DNA of 64,000 nt. It comes from an uncultured Candidatus Peribacteria bacterium (GTDB taxonomy: Bacteria > Patescibacteriota > Gracilibacteria > Peribacterales > Peribacteraceae). Below, in pieces: positions 1 through 8,710 of this stretch. Positions within the stretch are counted from its first letter, which is position 1. Each line of letters opens with the position of its first letter. A model generated the notes under the pieces. The model was not told the DNA's origin. It made no database searches and saw nothing but the letters and a program-made list of their open reading frames with translations. The position numbers were made by a program, and so were the translations under genes. The stretch is taken from positions 67,033 through 131,032 of the forward strand of contig CAYWJU010000002.1 of NCBI GenBank assembly GCA_964458645.1, written 5' to 3'.

Positions 1-1680
1 CTTGGCGATCTTGTATTTTGCCCACTCGTCGTCGGTGAACAGGCGCACCAAGTCGGTAATGGCACCGCCTTCGTCCTCGTCGGCCATCAACGTGAGACAG
101 CCGTTGCGGAAGTAGTCCTGGATGCGCGGGCCGAAAATTTCTTCGCCGAACATCTTCACCATCATGCTCATAGCGTCGAGTGCGATAAGGTCTCGCTCTT
201 CGTCGTTCTTGCCCTCCAGCATGTTCAGGCCCATCGGCCGGCCGGTATCTGCCGGGTTGAAGTAAATGACGTCGTCGGCACGTTCGCGTGGCACGTACGG
301 CAGCAAGTCTTCAATCAGTGAACCGTGCGGATCGACCACGCAGATGCCGTGCTTTTTGTGGAAGTCCTGGCGTGCCATTAGCTGGATGACCGATGATTTA
401 CCGGTACCTGTCTGACCGATGACGTAGAAGTGGCGGAAACGGTCTTCGTTCTTCATGAAAATTTTCTTCTTCTCGCCGCGGTAGGTGTTATAGCCGAGGA
501 ATAGGCCTTCCTCGGGAATGTTCTTGGGACACGGCGCGATCTTGAAGTTCTGCCATTTGATCGTGCTGACCTTGTTGTACTTAATGTTCGGGAAATGGAA
601 GATGCTGGCCAATTCGGCGGTGCCGAGCAGCAACTTCTTGCTGAACCAGCGCTGCCACAGCGGGCGGCTGGGGTTGCGGCGAATGAAGCGGTAAATCAGG
701 TTGATGTTCGAGTGGTAGCGCGTGCGCTTGAAGCTGTTGCCGCGGATATCGTTGAACTGCGAAAAGCCACCCACAATCGTGTCCAGCAGCATGTTGCTGC
801 GGTCGGCGGTTTCGGCCGAAGCAACGATGCGGATGACCGCCGTGAAGCCCGGTGAGTTGGCTTTTTCGTCCATGCCTTTGCTGAGCTCCTCCACCATGCT
901 GGTGATGCGCTCGCCGCTGGACGTTTCCTTGAACTGGTCTTTGCCGTCCGACGAGAACATGTCGACCAGCGAGCTGATCCACGACATGGGGTTTTTCCAC
1001 GAGAAGCCGCCGCCTTTCTTGGGGTTGAGCAGTTTCTGGGCTTCCTTCTGCACCTTATCCTGCCACTTGGGCAGTAGCGGGCGCAGCACCACCTGCACCG
1101 CGGCGCCTTCGTTCTTGCTCAATTTGGAGAACGCGTTGGTAATGGCGTTGAACGGGTCGCTCTTCAAGTGCTGGTAGCTCTTGAACGGATAGACGAAACT
1201 CTTGGATGGCAGCAGGTACGTGGACGACGTCACCGAGTTTTTCGTGAAGATGTTGTAGTCCTCCACTTCGTCGATGACCGCGTCGGGGTAGAACGAGGTG
1301 ATCTGCTTTTCGATGATCGGTGCCACGCGACGCGGCGCAACCACGAAAATAAGGATTTCGCCGGCCAGCGCTGCGTACTCGAACGAGATGAACGGCGAAC
1401 CTTTCCAGTGTCGCTGAATGCTGCTTTCGGCCAAGCTTCCAAACGTCTGGTACAGGTGGTCCATGACGCCCAGTACTTCTTTAAAATCTTTGCCGGTCGA
1501 GAACTGTTCTGATTCCTGCTCCTTGTCTTCTTTGCCCTCTTTTTTCGGCATCAGAATCTGCAAGAAGACGAGCTGCTTTTCGCGTTTGCGGTCCTCCATC
1601 CGGCGCATCATTTTCAGCCCATGACGGATTCCCAGCACAATTGCCGCGATGCTGCCGATAAGGATGAGAAATGTCTGCAC
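1..1680 (-). CDS. VirD4/TraD/TraG-like membrane-anchored P-loop ATPase, paralog A (C-terminus runs off the window)
   Basis: Own translation of the minus strand; the ORF is absent from the ORF track because it is truncated. GTG at 1680 follows an in-frame TAA at 1699-1701. One N-terminal hydrophobic helix (TFLILIGSIAAIVLGI). Walker A GQTGTGKS at 394-417. Blocks VVDPHGSLIED, RPMGLNMLE and IFGPRIQDYFRNGCLTLM are shared with ORF 24046-26670. Confidence 0.8.
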   Translation of the reverse strand, partial: MQTFLILIGSIAAIVLGIRHGLKMMRRMEDRKREKQLVFLQILMPKKEGKEDKEQESEQFSTGKDFKEVLGVMDHLYQTFGSLAESSIQRHWKGSPFISFEYAALAGEILIFVVAPRRVAPIIEKQITSFYPDAVIDEVEDYNIFTKNSVTSSTYLLPSKSFVYPFKSYQHLKSDPFNAITNAFSKLSKNEGAAVQVVLRPLLPKWQDKVQKEAQKLLNPKKGGGFSWKNPMSWISSLVDMFSSDGKDQFKETSSGERITSMVEELSKGMDEKANSPGFTAVIRIVASAETADRSNMLLDTIVGGFSQFNDIRGNSFKRTRYHSNINLIYRFIRRNPSRPLWQRWFSKKLLLGTAELASIFHFPNIKYNKVSTIKWQNFKIAPCPKNIPEEGLFLGYNTYRGEKKKIFMKNEDRFRHFYVIGQTGTGKSSVIQLMARQDFHKKHGICVVDPHGSLIEDLLPYVPRERADDVIYFNPADTGRPMGLNMLEGKNDEERDLIALDAMSMMVKMFGEEIFGPRIQDYFRNGCLTLMADEDEGGAITDLVRLFTDDEWAKYKIAK

Positions 1681-1714
1681 GTTTCTATGGTAACACTTTT
1701 ACGTCGTTCTTTGC

Positions 1715-4700
1715 TTACGGTCGTCCTATCACCCCCCACCACAGCTCTCCCACCGGCGTCTCCGGCATGGGCGGCACCTGCAACTCCGGTCCCAGCACGT
1801 CCGACAACACCGTAATCAGCTGTCCCCAGGTGAGTGCTTTCCCATCGCCCACATTCCCCATGCGCCACACCTCGGCGTCCTGCACGCCGGTCAATTCCTG
1901 CAAGATGCTCGTCTTCAGCTCTGCAAACACGCCTTCCGCCTCCAATCTGGTCATGGCTCCCGTCCGTACCCGCGTGTACAGCACGTACGACGCAAGCAGC
2001 CTGCTCGCATTCGTCACCGACACCGGCGCACTGAAGTCTTTCTGTTCTTCCAGCGTCAAATCCTGCGCAAAGCTCAGCGGTGTCAGGTCGAACTCCCGAA
2101 TCGGACGTTGGAAGCTGTGCAGCAACCGCTGCACGTACGTCGTTCCATCCGCAGTGCCAAACACCCGGTCTGGCGAGAAGATGCGGTTGGCCGTGCCTCC
2201 GCCACTCACATCCACGCCCCCTCCTCCCAAGCGCTGCACCGCATCGGAGTAGCTCTCCAGCGGATGACACGTCATCTTCATGCCCGCATCCACCAGACCG
2301 ATCCAGGTCACCGGCTTGTTCGCACCCACGCCGATCGTTCCTGCCTGCACACCGTACTCACTTGGGCGTCCGGTCATCAGCCACCGTGTGCGTCCTTCGG
2401 CATCGCCCGTTCCCACCGACAGCAACAACTGCAAGCGCTGGAACAAGTTTCCTTCCGCATTCGGCAGAATGTCCGACCGCACCGATGTCGCACGACCAAT
2501 GTCTTGCACCATGCACGGACGACGATCAATCACGCCTGCCGCCGCCAAGTACTCCTGTTCCATGCTCTGATCCCAGCGCACTTCATCCGGCAATGCCGAC
2601 AGCGTCAGCTTGCCTCCCGCAAACGCCGCCTTCACCAGCAAGTCAGCCGCCTCCGACGGCGTCACGCCGCCTCCCAGAGCCACTTCGAACCCGCGTGGCA
2701 GCACGCCTGCTTGCTTCAATGCGGCAAACACACCGCTCGTTCCATCGTCCTCCGTCGCATCCGGCGGCAATGCCGCCGTTCCATCCGTCTTCAGCTTCAA
2801 CACGGCCGCCACCATCGCCATGGCCTCACGCTTCGTCACCGGAGCATCGCCATCGGCAACCAGCACTCCACCCGCATTCCTGCCCACCGGAACACCCTGG
2901 GCGAGCAGCGCGTACGCATTGCTCATCCACGACGTTCCTCCCGCAGTCTCCGGCACCGGCACATCGGCCAGCACCCCCGATGTCCATCCTTGTTCCTTGG
3001 CGGCCGACCGCAATCCTTCCCGCAGCGCATCGCCGCTCTTCGACAAGCTCAGACACTGCGTTCCGGCCAGCAGTTCAATGAACTCCTTGCGGCTCACCAA
3101 TGGCTCAGCCAATGCGCCGTCCTTCACCAACTGTTGTCCGTACAAGTTCTGCAAACTCCAGAGCAACGCCTGGGCAACGCTCTTGCCATCCGTCTCCACC
3201 GTTCCAATGCTCAGACACGGTTTGTAGCCAAGCAGTTTCTGGCTCTTCCAGCCCAACCCCACCGTCACCGTTTCTCCTGCCACAACCTCCACCGATTGCC
3301 CTTCTGCAGTCGCTACATATCCTTGCAGCACACCAGACGAATCCACCGCCTGAACAACGTATGTTCCGGCCGGAAGGCTCATCTCGAATGCTCCATTCAC
3401 GTCCGCCACCACCGCCTGCGTCACCGCAGCACCTTCCACGTCCGTTCCCGTCGCCTCCACCCGCACGCCGCCGAACGCCGTACGCTCACCCTTTTCCTTC
3501 TTGCCGTTGCCGTTCACGTCCACGAACAGTTGCCCCGCAAGCGTGCCAGACGGCACCCCGGCCTCACCGCCTCCCGACTCTTGCCCGGACAACCAGTAGC
3601 CGCCACCGCCACCGCCCTCACCGCCGCTTGTCGTTCCTCCGCCACCCGTACTGCCACCCGTCGTTCCTCCGCCACCGCCACCTACCAAACAATCGCTGCC
3701 GATGGTCAGCGTCTGTTCAGCCGACTCACTGCTCAGCCTCAGCCCCGTATCCACCGTCTTCACTCCCCAGTAGTACGTTGCTCCGCACGCCAACCGATTC
3801 ACCAACCGCTGCCGGCTCTGTCCATTCGGCATCATGCGATCCGCATAGTTCGGACTGGCCACCTTGCCCGAAATCACATCGTGCCCATTCGACACCGTTC
3901 CCACCCGCACCTGGTACTGCAGCTGCCGTGTCGGTGTAATCGCATCCGAACCGGAGCCCCACAACATGAGTACATCCACCTCGTTGTAGTAGTAGACAGT
4001 GATTTTTACGTTATCGATCGATGGAGTTGAGTTTCCAACACCGCAAGGAAACTGCGTTGCGGAAAGAGCAGCACCGAAATTGGTCGCATTAATATCACTG
4101 GTCGTCCACGTTTCGCCCCACAGATCGGTAGAACCGCCGTAATCGATAAACGTGCCGCTTGGCCAAAGTGAGCCCAGGCTTTTATCTGTGCTGCCGATTA
4201 CGCCGCGCTTCACGATACGTACGCCGTTGTCCCACATGCCGCAACCGCCATAGTTCTTGTTCCACGAGGCCACGATGCCGACAATCGTTGAGCCGGAAGC
4301 AATGTTAAAACCGAAGTCCGTCGCCTGCAGCCAATGCGTGGTGTGGTTGGTCATGTCCATCAGGCCGCCGCTGGCGCTGACGCTATTGAGCGTGAAGATG
4401 TTTTCCGGATGCAGCCAGGGCATAGTTCCCACACCTGCAATGTCAGTGGCCATGAGCGGCATTCTTGGCGTGGAGCCGGTAGAGCGACTTGCGCTGATGG
4501 TTGAAAGGAGTGTTGTGGGCGCAGTAGGGCTGTCGTTTGGTGTGGAGAACGCGATCGAATTCACATAGTGGCGATTCGGTCCGCCGCTACCGCCGCAGTT
4601 CGTGTCATCATTGCCGGCGATGTAATCCAAGTCGGAATCGGCATCGATATCCGCGAGTGCGACTGCAATTGTGCAATCGCTTTCTTCGGTTGGAGCTCCG

Positions 4701-5986
4701 ATTTGACTGAATGTGCCGGATCCGTTGTTCACCCAAACCTCATTTCCAGCATTGATGCTAGTAATATCTCCTCCTCCCAGCAGAACGTCTACGTCGCCGT
4801 CGTTATCAAGATCTGCCAGGCCTACTGAGCGAGCTTCGGCAACAGTGCCGAAGGTCTGACCAAATGCAAAAGCATTTCCTGTGCCGTCATTAAGATAGGT
4901 CGACACCTGTCCGCCGATGTGCAGGGAGGCGATGATATCGATATCTCCATCACCATCCAGGTCTGCCGTATTCAGTGAATGATTGTATGCACCAGCCAAC
5001 GCAGTCAATTGTGAAAAAGCCCCTGTGCCGCTATTGAGGTGTACCAAAACGCTGCTGTTAGAATTCAGCGTGGCGACGTCCGTGAATCCGTCACTGTTGA
5101 AGTCCGCTGCAGTAATGAGTGAGCAGGCCGGTAATTGCGATGCCACCTGCATGAATGCTCCGGCGCCGTCATTGCGGAACGCCGATAGGCCATATCCGCT
5201 GACCGGACAGCCAATCACATCCAAGTCGCCGTCGTTGTCCATATCGGCGAGTGCAATATTCATAAATGTAACTACGCCACCAGTATAAAAATCGGACGCC
5301 GTGAAGTTTCCAGAGCCGTCGTTCAGGTACTTCGTCAAAGTGTTGACTGTAAACGGTGTTCGCAGGCCAATCAGGTCTATATCTCCGTCTCCGTCAATAT
5401 CTCCAGCTCGCATTGCCTTCGCAGTATGTGAAAGTCCGAAGTCTGGACCTGGCGTGAAGACGGCGGAACCATTGTTGGAGTACAGATTGTTTTTTTGAAT
5501 ATCGGTGCTGTCGCTGTTTGCGGCCACGTAGTCCAAATCGCCATCGCCATCGACATCGAAGACGGGTAGAGCGATAGTTTTTTTGGATTCAGCTGTAAAG
5601 CTCAGTAGTGAAAAACTCACGGGAAACGCGGCGTAGACAATCGCTGCGAACTGCGCAGTCAGAATGCATACGGCCAAACCGAATACGGCGACTTGTAGAC
5701 TTTCGTTCCAATGTGGCAGGCGCAAACGGTGCAATTCGACATGGGACAGCGATACAGAATGCACTCGCCATTGATTCGCAACTGTGTGCCATAGCTCGAA
5801 GAAGCACACCAGCGAAAGGAGGAGGCCGAGCGATACCAATGCGACTGCCAGTGCGCCAGACGTGTCTGCAACCGGACTGTCTGTGCCGTAGTTCATTGCA
5901 AACCGTTGAGCCAGCAGCCATAGGGCTAGCCCTGTACTAAGCAGGTGTATGCAGCCGAGAATTGCGGTCGACCGTGAAACGCGCAT
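1715..5986 (-). CDS. Giant envelope protein: N-terminal TM segments, FG-GAP/VCBS beta-propeller repeats, Gly-rich linker, carboxypeptidase-regulatory-like domain, SLH-like repeats, unknown C-terminal domain
   Basis: Repeated DxDGDGDxD plus NDGxGxF motifs (DVDGDGDLDYV, DIDGDGDIDLI, DMDNDGDLDV, DLDGDGDIDI, DLDNDGDVDV, DIDADSDLDYI). GGGGGGTTGGSTGGGG linker. FVDVNGNGKKE...AGTYVV beta-sandwich. VSRKEFIELLAG, VTKREAMAMVAAVL and VTPSEAADLLVKAAF repeats. ATG 5986 was chosen because TGcTACAAT (5996-6004) lies 9 nt upstream; the ORF-track GTG at 6013 is upstream of that -10 box. Confidence 0.85.
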   Translation of the reverse strand: MRVSRSTAILGCIHLLSTGLALWLLAQRFAMNYGTDSPVADTSGALAVALVSLGLLLSLVCFFELWHTVANQWRVHSVSLSHVELHRLRLPHWNESLQVAVFGLAVCILTAQFAAIVYAAFPVSFSLLSFTAESKKTIALPVFDVDGDGDLDYVAANSDSTDIQKNNLYSNNGSAVFTPGPDFGLSHTAKAMRAGDIDGDGDIDLIGLRTPFTVNTLTKYLNDGSGNFTASDFYTGGVVTFMNIALADMDNDGDLDVIGCPVSGYGLSAFRNDGAGAFMQVASQLPACSLITAADFNSDGFTDVATLNSNSSVLVHLNSGTGAFSQLTALAGAYNHSLNTADLDGDGDIDIIASLHIGGQVSTYLNDGTGNAFAFGQTFGTVAEARSVGLADLDNDGDVDVLLGGGDITSINAGNEVWVNNGSGTFSQIGAPTEESDCTIAVALADIDADSDLDYIAGNDDTNCGGSGGPNRHYVNSIAFSTPNDSPTAPTTLLSTISASRSTGSTPRMPLMATDIAGVGTMPWLHPENIFTLNSVSASGGLMDMTNHTTHWLQATDFGFNIASGSTIVGIVASWNKNYGGCGMWDNGVRIVKRGVIGSTDKSLGSLWPSGTFIDYGGSTDLWGETWTTSDINATNFGAALSATQFPCGVGNSTPSIDNVKITVYYYNEVDVLMLWGSGSDAITPTRQLQYQVRVGTVSNGHDVISGKVASPNYADRMMPNGQSRQRLVNRLACGATYYWGVKTVDTGLRLSSESAEQTLTIGSDCLVGGGGGGTTGGSTGGGGTTSGGEGGGGGGYWLSGQESGGGEAGVPSGTLAGQLFVDVNGNGKKEKGERTAFGGVRVEATGTDVEGAAVTQAVVADVNGAFEMSLPAGTYVVQAVDSSGVLQGYVATAEGQSVEVVAGETVTVGLGWKSQKLLGYKPCLSIGTVETDGKSVAQALLWSLQNLYGQQLVKDGALAEPLVSRKEFIELLAGTQCLSLSKSGDALREGLRSAAKEQGWTSGVLADVPVPETAGGTSWMSNAYALLAQGVPVGRNAGGVLVADGDAPVTKREAMAMVAAVLKLKTDGTAALPPDATEDDGTSGVFAALKQAGVLPRGFEVALGGGVTPSEAADLLVKAAFAGGKLTLSALPDEVRWDQSMEQEYLAAAGVIDRRPCMVQDIGRATSVRSDILPNAEGNLFQRLQLLLSVGTGDAEGRTRWLMTGRPSEYGVQAGTIGVGANKPVTWIGLVDAGMKMTCHPLESYSDAVQRLGGGGVDVSGGGTANRIFSPDRVFGTADGTTYVQRLLHSFQRPIREFDLTPLSFAQDLTLEEQKDFSAPVSVTNASRLLASYVLYTRVRTGAMTRLEAEGVFAELKTSILQELTGVQDAEVWRMGNVGDGKALTWGQLITVLSDVLGPELQVPPMPETPVGELWWGVIGRP

Positions 5987-5995
5987 AATCCTCTT

Positions 5996-6004
5996 ATTGT
6001 AGCA
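5996..6004 (-). promoter_or_regulatory. Extended -10 (TGcTACAAT) 9 nt upstream of ATG 5986
   Basis: Sequence match on the minus strand. Same geometry as many other genes in the window. Confidence 0.5.
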
Positions 6005-6050
6005 GAAAAACACCCTTTTTGAAAGAGCGTCATGGCTCCGTCTCTGGCGA

Positions 6051-6428
6051 TTACGCGGCCTTACTCTTCACCAGGCGCTCCACCATTTCCATAAGCGATT
6101 TGATCGTCATGTCTTTCTTCACAAAGTAATCATCTACCTTCAGTGCTGCACCGCGGTCACGGTTTGCTTGGTCGGCGAAATTGGTCAGGATGATAATCGG
6201 AAACGTGCGCATGTCGGGCGCAAGCTTCTCCAGCACGCCGAAACCATCGAGCACCGGCATGTTGATGTCCAGCAGCATCAGATCAGGCTTTTTGGCTTGA
6301 ATAAGAGCCAAAGCCTCTTGTCCGTTGGTGGCCGTACGCACCGAATAGACGTCCTTATTGAACTTGCGCATATACAAGTCCCGGAGGACCGTATCGTCTT
6401 CGGCGATGAGTACGTCGTACATGACCAT
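6051..6428 (-). CDS. Single-domain response regulator (CheY-like receiver)
   Basis: VLIAEDD...LMLLDINMPVLDG...IIILTNFAD...KVDDYFVKK receiver motifs. The start was moved to ATG 6428 (MVMYDVLIAEDD) because the longer ORF overlaps tsf. Confidence 0.85.
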   Translation of the reverse strand: MVMYDVLIAEDDTVLRDLYMRKFNKDVYSVRTATNGQEALALIQAKKPDLMLLDINMPVLDGFGVLEKLAPDMRTFPIIILTNFADQANRDRGAALKVDDYFVKKDMTIKSLMEMVERLVKSKAA

Positions 6429-6435
6429 TAGGCAC

Positions 6436-6441
6436 ATCATA
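6436..6441 (-). promoter_or_regulatory. -10 box TATGAT, 7 nt upstream of ATG 6428 (leaderless-type)
   Basis: Minus-strand sequence cgtgTATGATgtgcctaATG. Confidence 0.5.
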
Positions 6442-6508
6442 CACGAAAACGCCCCAAAAGTGAAGAAGTGTTTGTAGGGGGCAACAGTGGAGAGGGGTTT
6501 TTCACGAC

Positions 6509-6546
6509 AAAAAAGGTTCGGAGTTGCATGGAGCATTCCGAACCTT
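6509..6546 (-). terminator. Rho-independent terminator downstream of tsf
   Basis: 10-bp stem AAGGTTCGGA/TCCGAACCTT followed by a T-run on the minus strand. Confidence 0.65.
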
Positions 6547-6577
6547 CTGAGTCTTAAAAACCTTTTTAGCCTTTTCT

Positions 6578-7348
6578 TTAGACCGCGACGCGTACGTAGG
6601 CAGTCACATTGGCGGCACCGAGCATTTTGCCGACGGTCATGGTCTGGTCCTTCACGAACGTCTGAGTGATGAGTGCGTTTTCCTCGCGGAATTTCTTTTC
6701 CTTGCCGATCATGATTTTTTCCATGATTTCGGCCGGCTTCTTCTCTTTCGCCAGCTGATCCTTCCAAATGTCGCGCTCCTTGGCGACGGATTCGGACGAC
6801 ACTTCCTCGGGCTTCACGTACGTCGGATTCATGGCGGCGGCATGCATGGCCACGTCGGTTGCCTGTGCAGACGTTCCGCCATCCAGACCGACGACCACGC
6901 CGATCTTGCGATTGCTGTGAACGTAGCTGCCGATCACACCGGCTTCCACGACCTTGGTCTCGCCAACGGACACGTTCTCGCCGAGCTCCAGCACGGCGGC
7001 CGGAACTTTGTCCTTGGCGTAGGTGTCTAGGCCAGATTGTCCTTTGTCATGCAGCGTCTGGGCCAGCGTCTGACCGAGCGTGGTGAACGGTTCGGAGCGT
7101 GCAACGAAGTCGGTTTCGCATTTTACGAACACGAGTGCAGCTTTCTTTGCCGAAGTGGCAATGAAGATGCCGCCTTCGTGCTGCTCGCGATCAGCCTTCT
7201 TCACGGCCTGGGCCTGGCCCTTCTTACGCAAGATTTCAATCGCCTTGTCGGTGTCGCCGTTGGCTTCGTCGAGGGCGTTCTTGGCAGCCAGGATTCCGGC
7301 GCCGGTGCGGGCGCGCAGTTCAGCGACTTGTGCGGGTGATACAGCCAT
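6578..7348 (-). CDS. tsf: Translation elongation factor Ts
   Basis: N-terminus VSPAQVAELRARTGAGILAAKNALDEANGDTDKAIEILRKKG (UBA-like EF-Ts signature). Located immediately downstream of rpsB. Confidence 0.95.
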   Translation of the reverse strand: MAVSPAQVAELRARTGAGILAAKNALDEANGDTDKAIEILRKKGQAQAVKKADREQHEGGIFIATSAKKAALVFVKCETDFVARSEPFTTLGQTLAQTLHDKGQSGLDTYAKDKVPAAVLELGENVSVGETKVVEAGVIGSYVHSNRKIGVVVGLDGGTSAQATDVAMHAAAMNPTYVKPEEVSSESVAKERDIWKDQLAKEKKPAEIMEKIMIGKEKKFREENALITQTFVKDQTMTVGKMLGAANVTAYVRVAV

Positions 7349-7389
7349 AGTTTTTGGTGGAAGGTAGGTGAGTGGAGTACGGTAGGGGA

Positions 7390-8118
7390 TTACTCAGCGT
7401 CTTTGTCGTCTTTGGCCGAAGCGCGGTCGGAGGCCAGTTCGTCCTGCACGGTCTTCAAGATGAGCGTAATGGACTTCACTGCGTCGTCGTTCGACGGAAT
7501 GAACACCTTGAAGGCGTCCGGGTCGGCGTTGCTGTCGCAAATGCCGTACAGTGGCAGGCCGATCTTCTTTGCTTCCAGAACAGCGACGCGGTCGCGGACG
7601 GCGTCGACAACGAACATGGCGTCGGGCAGACCCGTCATGCCGGCCACACCGGACAGTGCAGAATCCAACTTAGCCAGTTCCTTGCGGAGCTGCGTCTGTT
7701 CCTTCTTGGTGTACTTCTCCACTTCGCCGGTCTTGAACGAGTTCTGAAGATCCAGGTAGTAGCGGATGCGGTGCTTCAGGGTTGCCCAGTTGGTGAGCAG
7801 TCCCGGGACCCACTTCTTGGTAACGACCGGCTGGCCGGTAGCGCGGCTGAGCTGTTCGATCGGCTGGAGAGATTGGAGCTTGGTGGAAACGAACAAGATC
7901 GTCTTGCCGCTCTTCTGAAGGGCTTTGAGTTCCTCGCACGTCTTCACCAAGGCCTTGCGCGTTTTGGCGAGGTCGAAGATGTGAATGCCACGGCGGACGC
8001 CGAACAAGTACTGCTTCATCTTGGGGTTCCACTTTTCTTTGCGGTGGCCGAAGTGGCAAGCGGCCTGGACCAAATCTTTTTCCGACGGAATCGGCATTGT
8101 AGAAGGGGGAATGAGCAT
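7390..8118 (-). CDS. rpsB: 30S ribosomal protein S2
   Basis: DLVQAACHFGHRKEKWNPKMKQYLFGVRRGIHIFDL and classic rpsB-tsf synteny. The start could instead be the second Met at 8097. Confidence 0.95.
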   Translation of the reverse strand: MLIPPSTMPIPSEKDLVQAACHFGHRKEKWNPKMKQYLFGVRRGIHIFDLAKTRKALVKTCEELKALQKSGKTILFVSTKLQSLQPIEQLSRATGQPVVTKKWVPGLLTNWATLKHRIRYYLDLQNSFKTGEVEKYTKKEQTQLRKELAKLDSALSGVAGMTGLPDAMFVVDAVRDRVAVLEAKKIGLPLYGICDSNADPDAFKVFIPSNDDAVKSITLILKTVQDELASDRASAKDDKDAE

Positions 8119-8278
8119 GGCATACGCGCAGCCGCTTGCTCTGGTGATGGGTGGTCCTTGGGTTCAAACTCCCGACATCTTCTCGCCGAGCGCGGAGGAT
8201 CCTCCTTTCGGAGTCAGGACCGCAGCGATCAATCGGGAGCGAGCCGCCCCTCGTTCTTCAACGGGGCGCGGTAGGTGC

Positions 8279-8308
8279 TTTATACAGGTTCTGATCCCCT
8301 TTGTGCAA
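8279..8308 (-). promoter_or_regulatory. Candidate rpsB-tsf promoter (TTGCAC-N18-TATAAA)
   Basis: Minus-strand match. It would give a structured leader of about 150 nt. Confidence 0.35.
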
Positions 8309-8322
8309 GCTTTGGTAGCCCC

Positions 8323-8535
8323 TTACTTGTCGTTTCCATTTCCAGAGAAATAGGCCATGACCGCGCGAAACTTATCACGGAGGTAGATGCCGAGGTCACT
8401 AAGATGCTCGTCTACTTCGGGTGCCGCATTGCGCTTTTCGCGTTGTTCAGGCTGTTCCCAGGGGCGAGTCGTCATCGTGTGCTTGGTAAGTGCCTCGCGT
8501 TCGACGCGCACTTGGCGATTACGGAAAATCGGCAT
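8323..8535 (-). CDS. Small hypothetical protein (about 70 aa)
   Basis: The ORF has host-like codon usage and no recognisable motif. The ORF-track start at 8541 is TTG; an ATG lies at 8535. Confidence 0.3.
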   Translation of the reverse strand: MPIFRNRQVRVEREALTKHTMTTRPWEQPEQREKRNAAPEVDEHLSDLGIYLRDKFRAVMAYFSGNGNDK

Positions 8536-8600
8536 ACGCAATGTGGGGAAGGTATGAGGTTGACTGTAAGGAGTCTTTGGAAGTGGTCAAGAAAATGATG

Positions 8601-8666
8601 TAGGACGAAGACGAAAAAGACTCCAGGACTCCAGGGCTTCAAAAAAATAGGAGAATCTCCGGAGTC
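8601..8666. repeat. GGANTCC-unit array (locus 1)
   Basis: GACTC at 8619 and 8627, GAATC at 8653, GAGTC at 8662. Confidence 0.6.
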
Positions 8667-8693
8667 AAAAAACGACCCATCAGGGTCGTTTTT
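8667..8693 (-). terminator. Rho-independent terminator downstream of glyQS
   Basis: Stem AACGACCC/GGGTCGTT with loop ATCA, flanked by A/T runs (bidirectional shape). Confidence 0.65.
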
Positions 8694-8710
8694 AAGGAGT
8701 TGCCAGAGTC

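Noticed and set aside
8140-8180. T-arm-like string GGGTTCAAACTCCC, suggesting a tRNA or tmRNA upstream of rpsB.
   Set aside because: The flanks cannot form a 5-bp T stem, acceptor stem or anticodon arm. No CCA-proximal pairing is present. It lies within the rpsB leader.
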